64,000 nt of DNA, taken from positions 3,284 through 67,283 of the forward strand of contig JAZKYJ010000022.1 in assembly GCA_045612045.1 (NCBI GenBank). The letters are read 5' to 3'. The notes beneath the pieces were generated by a model. That model saw only the letters and a list, made by a program, of their open reading frames with translations, did not search any database and was not told the origin of the DNA. This document shows, in pieces, positions 59,046 to 64,000 of this stretch. Position 1 is the stretch's first letter, and the number at the start of each line of letters is the position of its first letter. This stretch comes from Paludibacteraceae bacterium. GTDB lineage: Bacteria; Bacteroidota; Bacteroidia; Bacteroidales; Paludibacteraceae. The translations under genes and the position numbers were made by a program.

Positions 59046-61454
59046 TGACATCGATGTACGACTCTCGTGCATGCTCTCCATGCCGCGATCATGGGTCCAA
59101 TAGGGATAGGTAGGATGATCGTATTTGTCAAACACATATTCTGTCAGCGCGGTTCCAAAGTCATAGATATTGTAGCACATCACCTCCAGTTGGAAAGGCA
59201 CTTGCTTGATCCACCAACGTCCGGTCATACGCAAATCAAAATTGAAGAACGCATCTTCGCGCTTGCCAAAGAACTGATTAGCCATATTTATACCTTTGGC
59301 ATCATCGTTCCATATAGCCACTTGCTGATGCCCATGCTGGTTGATGGGTTCGGCTATGAAGTTGGCAAAGGGTTGGCCATCCTTGAATTTGCCATTCAGA
59401 CTCACAGAGAAGTATTTACATAGATTATATGTCACCTGCAGACGTAGTATAAACGATTTGTCCTGATTCAATCTACTATTGCCTTGGTATGGCAATCCTT
59501 CCTCACGTGCTACCTTGTATACATTGGGATTGGCGCTTGACTCTGCCAGCACGCCTATGTTATTATGCAGCGGCCCATTGCCCAATGTGGATAGTCCAGC
59601 CATCAGATAGCTTTGCCACGACAGACTTACCAACCACTTTTTACCCGTATACGAATATTTTGCCACATTAGACATATAGTAGGGTGTTCTTCCTCCCACA
59701 GTACCGCTCATCAGATGCATGGGTTGCAGGCCTACGGTATACTGCTTTTCTCCCTCTCGCCAGTAGTACAAACCATTCTGCTCATACATATTCGCATCTA
59801 GTCCATCCGTATAATCCGTAAACCACATGTTGTAATACTTGCGAATGCTCGACCACAGAGCAAACTGGTGTCTTTTCTGTTTGTCTAGAGTAAATCGAAT
59901 AGGTATGTCCAATACGGCGTAGGATGGCTGATGTGCCCAGAGCCCTCTGCCTACTGCATGGTATTTACCACCAGTAGTTGCCAATAGACTGCCATCGGCA
60001 TAGCGAATCTCGCCGTTGAGATAGTCATTGCTCAGGTATTGCACTTCGTTCATCGTATAGCTCATACGATTGTGTGAGATGTTCAATCCCATTTGAAACC
60101 ACCATTCGGGATTCCAATCCAAAGCGAACTTCGCCAACCAATTAGGACTGACCACCGATTTTCCACGCAATAGTATACCATCTAGCGACACGCCTAGATG
60201 GGCTTGCATACGCAATCCAGGCGCCAATTGATGTTCGGCTATCACCATTGCCTGGTTCTCCAGCAATCCCGCGCTATAAGCCGCTGATTGCCAATGGTAG
60301 GTATATAGGGGGGTGCGGACTTTGTCTGCGATGCTCTGCATATAGACATCGTTGCTCCAGTTGGTGGTGGTAGGAGTAAAATGCACCAGCGAATTATACC
60401 CTTCCGCATGCACACGAAGCCATGGTAGTAAGGTTTGGTCGTATTGTACCGACCAGCTAGCTTCATTCGTCTGGCCATCCGCATACCATGGGTCGAAGGC
60501 TTCGCCATCTTGGTCTAGTAGGTTGCGAGCAAACTCTAGGGTGTCATGCTTCACATGGCTCAATGCCCAGTTCAAGCCAGTTACTAGTCGTCCGCCATTA
60601 GCAAAGCGCTTGGTAGCGTACAGCGCAGCTGTATAGGCTTGTAGGTCGGCCACCTCGTTATGGTTATACAAAAACTCCGAATACATGTCTCCTCTACCTT
60701 GTGCCACCAGATAGTAGTTCAGTTTATCTAGCACGTCATTCTTGGGTATAGGTATCTCGCCGTCTAGTTGTGCGGTATAGTATGGAGTGGCATACATAGC
60801 CGCAATGCCGGTATGGTCAAAGGCTGTTTGGGTGCGCCATCCATAGTGAGCGTAGGCATGTTGGTAGTATCGCTTACCATAGGCGGGAATAGCCACGGTG
60901 GCTTCTACTCCACCCGCGCCTATCACATGGTTGCGCATCTCAATGGGGCGATCATCCATCGTGCGTTCCTCTCCGGAGGAGTGAAAGAGATTGATCAGCT
61001 GGCGTGTACCTGGCGATATTCCACCTAGATTACCTGCGTTGCCTTTGAGTGTGAGGGATGCTTGTTGCAGGGTGTCATCGGCAAAGCGAATCACGCCTTC
61101 GTGATAATCGAGTACGAAGTTTGTTCGTAGCATATTGGTATATAGCATCGTACTACCCACTTGGTATCGGCTGTCGATGCGCATGCCGTTCCACCAGTAT
61201 TTGGTTTGGCGAAACGAGTTGCCAGCGATGGAGAAGACGTTTTGGTCGGCTTGGTTCCACTCGCCGGTGGTTTCTGCTTCGTACACCACGTAGTCGGAAT
61301 AGTTGTCTAGATAATGTCCTAGGTCTCCGGTGATATACCATTCGCGAAAGAATTGGCTTCCTACGCTATCCACTCCAAAAGATGGAAAAACCTCGGCACG
61401 CAATTGCATACCGAGGCATATAACTGTTATTAGAAGAAGAGTTTTATTTTTCAT
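58968..61454 (-). CDS. large outer-membrane beta-barrel protein, function unknown
   Basis: 828-aa ORF with a signal peptide and an aromatic- and Gly-rich alternating pattern throughout. No TonB-box or plug was recognised. Confidence 0.55.
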   Translation of the reverse strand: MKNKTLLLITVICLGMQLRAEVFPSFGVDSVGSQFFREWYITGDLGHYLDNYSDYVVYEAETTGEWNQADQNVFSIAGNSFRQTKYWWNGMRIDSRYQVGSTMLYTNMLRTNFVLDYHEGVIRFADDTLQQASLTLKGNAGNLGGISPGTRQLINLFHSSGEERTMDDRPIEMRNHVIGAGGVEATVAIPAYGKRYYQHAYAHYGWRTQTAFDHTGIAAMYATPYYTAQLDGEIPIPKNDVLDKLNYYLVAQGRGDMYSEFLYNHNEVADLQAYTAALYATKRFANGGRLVTGLNWALSHVKHDTLEFARNLLDQDGEAFDPWYADGQTNEASWSVQYDQTLLPWLRVHAEGYNSLVHFTPTTTNWSNDVYMQSIADKVRTPLYTYHWQSAAYSAGLLENQAMVIAEHQLAPGLRMQAHLGVSLDGILLRGKSVVSPNWLAKFALDWNPEWWFQMGLNISHNRMSYTMNEVQYLSNDYLNGEIRYADGSLLATTGGKYHAVGRGLWAHQPSYAVLDIPIRFTLDKQKRHQFALWSSIRKYYNMWFTDYTDGLDANMYEQNGLYYWREGEKQYTVGLQPMHLMSGTVGGRTPYYMSNVAKYSYTGKKWLVSLSWQSYLMAGLSTLGNGPLHNNIGVLAESSANPNVYKVAREEGLPYQGNSRLNQDKSFILRLQVTYNLCKYFSVSLNGKFKDGQPFANFIAEPINQHGHQQVAIWNDDAKGINMANQFFGKREDAFFNFDLRMTGRWWIKQVPFQLEVMCYNIYDFGTALTEYVFDKYDHPTYPYWTHDRGMESMHESRTSMSLCIPRGLLITLRIGLEADKHHTQTP

Positions 61455-61468
61455 TCATTTGTTATTTT

Positions 61469-61631
61469 AGTCACTTCGTTTGAAGATCGCTTTGTTGTAG
61501 ATCGCTTCGTTGTAGATCGCTTCGTTGTAGATCACTTCGCTGTAGATCGCTTCACTGTAGATCACTTCGTTGTAGATCAATTCGTTGTAGATCACTTCAC
61601 TGTAGATCACTTCACTGTAGATCACTTCGCT
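61469..61631. repeat. 15-bp minisatellite, about 11 tandem units, consensus AGATCRCTTCRYTGT (copy A)
   Basis: I counted units at 61484, 61499, 61514, 61529, 61544, 61559, 61574, 61589, 61604 and 61619, plus a degenerate unit at 61469. It is followed by the linker ttaaccgtttaaccgcttcaatagccaatagcc (61632-61663). Confidence 0.95.
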
Positions 61632-61663
61632 TAACCGTTTAACCGCTTCAATAGCCAATAGCC

Positions 61664-61772
61664 TCTCCGAGGCGTCCTGTAGGACCACCGGTCCGTCCTG
61701 TAGGCGCTCATGCGCCGTCCTATAGCGCCTCTGGCGCGTCCCATAGGGCTCCGCCCGTCCCGTAGGCCGCGC
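61664..61772. repeat. Array of about 5 GC-rich units of roughly 21 bp, each a 4-5-bp-stem hairpin followed by GTCCYRTAGG (copy A)
   Basis: Units are ..ggcgtcctgtagg / accaccggtccgtcctgtagg / cgctcatgcgccgtcctatag / cgcctctggcgcgtcccatagg / gctccgcccgtcccgtagg. The array abuts the dnaJ stop codon. Confidence 0.9.
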
Positions 61773-62921
61773 CTACCCTCCAAACAGATTCTTAAAGAAG
61801 TTTTTCTTGTCGCTAGCTCCTGGTCGTACGTTCTCGCTTTTTTGGAGTTGTTCGATCATTTTCTTCTCTTCTTTGTTGAGTGCTTCTGGGATATATACTC
61901 CTACATTGATGAGCAGGTCTCCCATGCCATATTGTCGTGCATATTGATCGATCATTGGCAAACCTTTACCGCGCATACGTAGCACCTTGCCTGGTTGTGT
62001 ACCGGGTGCTATGGTGATTTTGGCTTCTCCTTGTAAAGTAGGAATCATTACTTGTCCGCCCAGTATAGCCGTAGGCACATCCAGTAGCAGGTTATATATC
62101 AGGTCGCTGCCATCGCGCATGAAGTCTTTGTGTTCCTCTTCTTCGATGAGTACTAGCAGGTCACCTGCTATACCTCCATGAGGTGCGGCATTACCTTTTC
62201 CTTGTATAGGCAACTGCATGCCTCCCGCCACACCGGCAGGGATGTGTATCTCTATCACTTCCTCTTCGCGCACCACTCCTTCGCCGTGGCATTGGGTACA
62301 CTTATTCTTGATGATACGTCCTTCGCCATGGCAATGTGGACACTCTGTTTGCATTTGCATCATGCCCAGCATAGTACGTTGTGCGGTTACGGTGCGTCCA
62401 GTACCGTGGCAGTTCGGACACACTTCGCCTTGTCCTCCATCAGCGCTACCGGTTCCGTTGCAGCTCTTGCAGTTGACCATCTTCTTGACTTTGATCTTCT
62501 TGTCTACACCGCTAGCTATATCTTCTAGAGTAACACGTACACGCACACGCAGGTCACTACCGCGACGCACGCGTGGTCCGCTATTGCGACTACCACCGCC
62601 AAAAAAACTAGAGAAACCGCCACCGAAGATATCTCCAAACTGCGAGAAGATATCTTCCATGCTCATTCCTCCCCCGCTGAAGCCGCTAGCGCCTCCCATG
62701 CCGGCATGACCAAACTGGTCATAGCGTTGGCGTTTCTGTGGGTCAGACAGCACCTCATAGGCCTCTGCAGCCTCTTTAAATCGCTCTTCTGCCTCTTTAT
62801 CGCCAGGGTTCTTATCTGGGTGATATTGTACTGCTTTCTTGCGGTACGCTTTTTTTATCTCTTCGGCTGTAGCGGTTTTACTCACGCCCAGCACCTCGTA
62901 ATAATCTCTTTTCTCTGCCAT
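61773..62921 (-). CDS. dnaJ: molecular chaperone DnaJ
   Basis: J-domain with YHPDKNPGD, a G/F-rich linker and four CxxCxGxG zinc-finger repeats ([32 protein letters not shown]). Confidence 0.95.
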   Translation of the reverse strand: MAEKRDYYEVLGVSKTATAEEIKKAYRKKAVQYHPDKNPGDKEAEERFKEAAEAYEVLSDPQKRQRYDQFGHAGMGGASGFSGGGMSMEDIFSQFGDIFGGGFSSFFGGGSRNSGPRVRRGSDLRVRVRVTLEDIASGVDKKIKVKKMVNCKSCNGTGSADGGQGEVCPNCHGTGRTVTAQRTMLGMMQMQTECPHCHGEGRIIKNKCTQCHGEGVVREEEVIEIHIPAGVAGGMQLPIQGKGNAAPHGGIAGDLLVLIEEEEHKDFMRDGSDLIYNLLLDVPTAILGGQVMIPTLQGEAKITIAPGTQPGKVLRMRGKGLPMIDQYARQYGMGDLLINVGVYIPEALNKEEKKMIEQLQKSENVRPGASDKKNFFKNLFGG

Positions 62922-62947
62922 AATAATTTTTGATCATTTCTTTGTTA

Positions 62948-63005
62948 GACCACTTCGCTGTAGATCGCTTCGCTGTAGATCACTTCGTTGTAGATCGCTT
63001 CGCTT
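62948..63005. repeat. 15-bp minisatellite, about 4 tandem units (copy B)
   Basis: Units at 62948, 62963, 62978 and 62993, with a possible degenerate unit at 62933-62947. It is followed by four ttaaccg(c/t) repeats (63006-63038). Confidence 0.9.
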
Positions 63006-63038
63006 AACCGTTTAACCGCTTAACCGCTTAACCGCCTA

Positions 63039-63120
63039 GCCTCTCCGAGGCGTCCTATAGGACCACCGGTCCGTCCTGTAGGCGCTCATGCGCCGTCCTG
63101 TAGCGAAGCGCCCTGTAGCG
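63039..63120. repeat. GC-rich hairpin/CTGTAGG unit array (copy B)
   Basis: 63039-63106 matches 61660-61727 at 66 of 68 positions. It abuts the grpE stop codon. Confidence 0.9.
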
Positions 63121-63717
63121 TTATTCGCCCACAACGACTTTAGAAAATCGTATCACTTTCTCGCCCAAGGTGTAACCCTTTTGTGTACAGTCGATTACCT
63201 TGCCTTTCTTGTCTTCTCCTGCAGGGAAAGTAGTGATAGCTTCGTGCAGGTCGGTATTGAAGTCTGCATCGGTGGTGTCAATCACTTTCACGTCGTTGGC
63301 TGCTAAGAAGCCCACGAACTTGCTATAGATGAGTTCAATACCTTGACGTACTGCCTCTATGTCATCGGTCTTTGCCATAGCCTCTTTGGCACGCTCAAAG
63401 TCATCCACTAGAGGGAGCATATCTTTGAATATGCGCTCGCCTGCGGTGGTGATGAGATCTAGTTTCTCTTTGTTGGTACGACGACGGAAGTTGTCAAACT
63501 CTGCCATTTGGCGTAGTTTGAGGTCTTCTAGCTCTGCCACGCGCGCTTCTAACTCTGCCACTCTGGCTTGGAGTTGTTCGTTCTCTGACAGTTCTTCAGC
63601 TGCAGTTGCTTCACCGTCATTCACCGCCTCACTGTTGTTTACAGTTTCTACTGTTTCTTTTTCCACCTGATTTTCAACAGGTTGCTCTACTTGTTTTTTA
63701 TCTTTATTCTTTGCCAT
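63121..63717 (-). CDS. grpE: nucleotide exchange factor GrpE
   Basis: 198-aa ORF with an acidic N-terminus, a coiled-coil region (ELEARVAELEDLKLRQMAEFDNFRRR) and the typical GrpE C-terminal beta-domain (GY.L..KVIR...V). Confidence 0.9.
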   Translation of the reverse strand: MAKNKDKKQVEQPVENQVEKETVETVNNSEAVNDGEATAAEELSENEQLQARVAELEARVAELEDLKLRQMAEFDNFRRRTNKEKLDLITTAGERIFKDMLPLVDDFERAKEAMAKTDDIEAVRQGIELIYSKFVGFLAANDVKVIDTTDADFNTDLHEAITTFPAGEDKKGKVIDCTQKGYTLGEKVIRFSKVVVGE

Positions 63718-63877
63718 AATCCATGTGTTATTACTTTGTAATACTATCTTTCAAAATTTGTGCCATAGGCATATATCTGCCATTATGGCAGGACACACGA
63801 CGGGACATTCCACCAGCAAGTATGCTGCTGGTACCAGTCCTCTGTTTTTTAAGCTCTATAGTAGGCTTTGGTCGGTT

Positions 63878-64000
63878 CTATAGTCTCTCTGTGGCTTCTT
63901 CGAGGTTGCGAACGATATATGTCACGGCACTTAGATCCTCTTCGGTGATTTCTCCTCTTTTGATCCACATCTGATCGATGCCTGCTTGGATAGCACCTTG
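63878..64000 (-). CDS. 3' end of an unidentified gene (C-terminal 40 codons; the rest lies beyond the window)
   Basis: Own translation of the minus strand, in frame with the window edge: QGAIQAGIDQMWIKRGEITEEDLSAVTYIVRNLEEATERL then a stop (TAG at 63880-63878). One other minus frame has an early stop and the remaining one, though open, is implausibly Arg-rich. The product was not recognised. Confidence 0.3.
   Translation of the reverse strand, partial: QGAIQAGIDQMWIKRGEITEEDLSAVTYIVRNLEEATERL

Noticed and set aside
61469-61631. The tandem array might be a CRISPR array.
   Set aside because: The units are contiguous 15-mers with no unique spacers, are far shorter than CRISPR repeats, and no cas genes are in the window.
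63751-63765. A sigma-54-like -24/-12 element (minus strand TGGCACaaattTTGA) upstream of grpE.
   Set aside because: The spacing is right, but the invariant GC of the -12 element is GA here, and no enhancer-binding-protein context is visible.
63723-63974. An 83-aa plus-strand ORF upstream of grpE.
   Set aside because: It overlaps the better-looking minus-strand C-terminal frame at 63878-64000 and the palindromic regulatory region, and its composition is not protein-like.

Overview
This looks like a chromosomal segment from a Bacteroidota (Bacteroidales-type) genome. The evidence is TAnnTTTG -7 promoter boxes in front of many genes, T9SS C-terminal sorting domains, and DUF4835/PorD-like and Omp28-like proteins. 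I call about 52 protein genes and one tRNA-Ser(CGA). I recognised no rRNA, CRISPR array, transposase or integrase. Many starts in the ORF track are non-ATG maximal extensions, and I trimmed them where an ATG and a promoter box made the real start obvious.

Layout:
- 1-22.3 kb (all minus strand): gltX, a tilS/aroE/DUF4831-like/PorD-like gene string with ATGA-type overlaps, a LuxR-type regulator, tRNA-Ser, mfd, lon, aspS, S1/P1 nuclease, GtrA, a ProX-like deacylase, lpd, flavoprotein genes, a 4-hydroxybutyrate-type CoA-transferase and an MGDG-synthase-type glycosyltransferase.
- 22.3-26.9 kb: the only clearly accessory block. It holds an MmeI-like single-chain type IIL restriction-modification enzyme preceded by a RhuM-family gene, bracketed by repeat-rich non-coding DNA.
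- 26.9-30.5 kb: an aminotransferase plus iorBA (aromatic amino-acid fermentation).
- 30.8-45.5 kb (plus strand): ettA, tex, an envelope thiol-redox / Omp28-like surface-protein cluster, nadE, a DsbD-like gene, rlmB and a HAD hydrolase.
- 45.5-61.5 kb: phosphosugar mutase, hpt, mlaEF, a T9SS-sorted M6 metalloprotease, xth, lptB with a tightly overlapped LPS/O-antigen operon, and a large beta-barrel gene.
- 61.5-64 kb: grpE-dnaJ.

The most unusual sequence-level signal is a composite intergenic repeat family made of a 15-bp minisatellite, TTAACCG repeats and GC-rich hairpin units ending in CTGTAGG. It lies directly 3' of both grpE and dnaJ with different copy numbers, and fragments lie behind at least three other genes.

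I could not confidently identify a new multi-gene system. The best follow-up candidates are ranked in findings.
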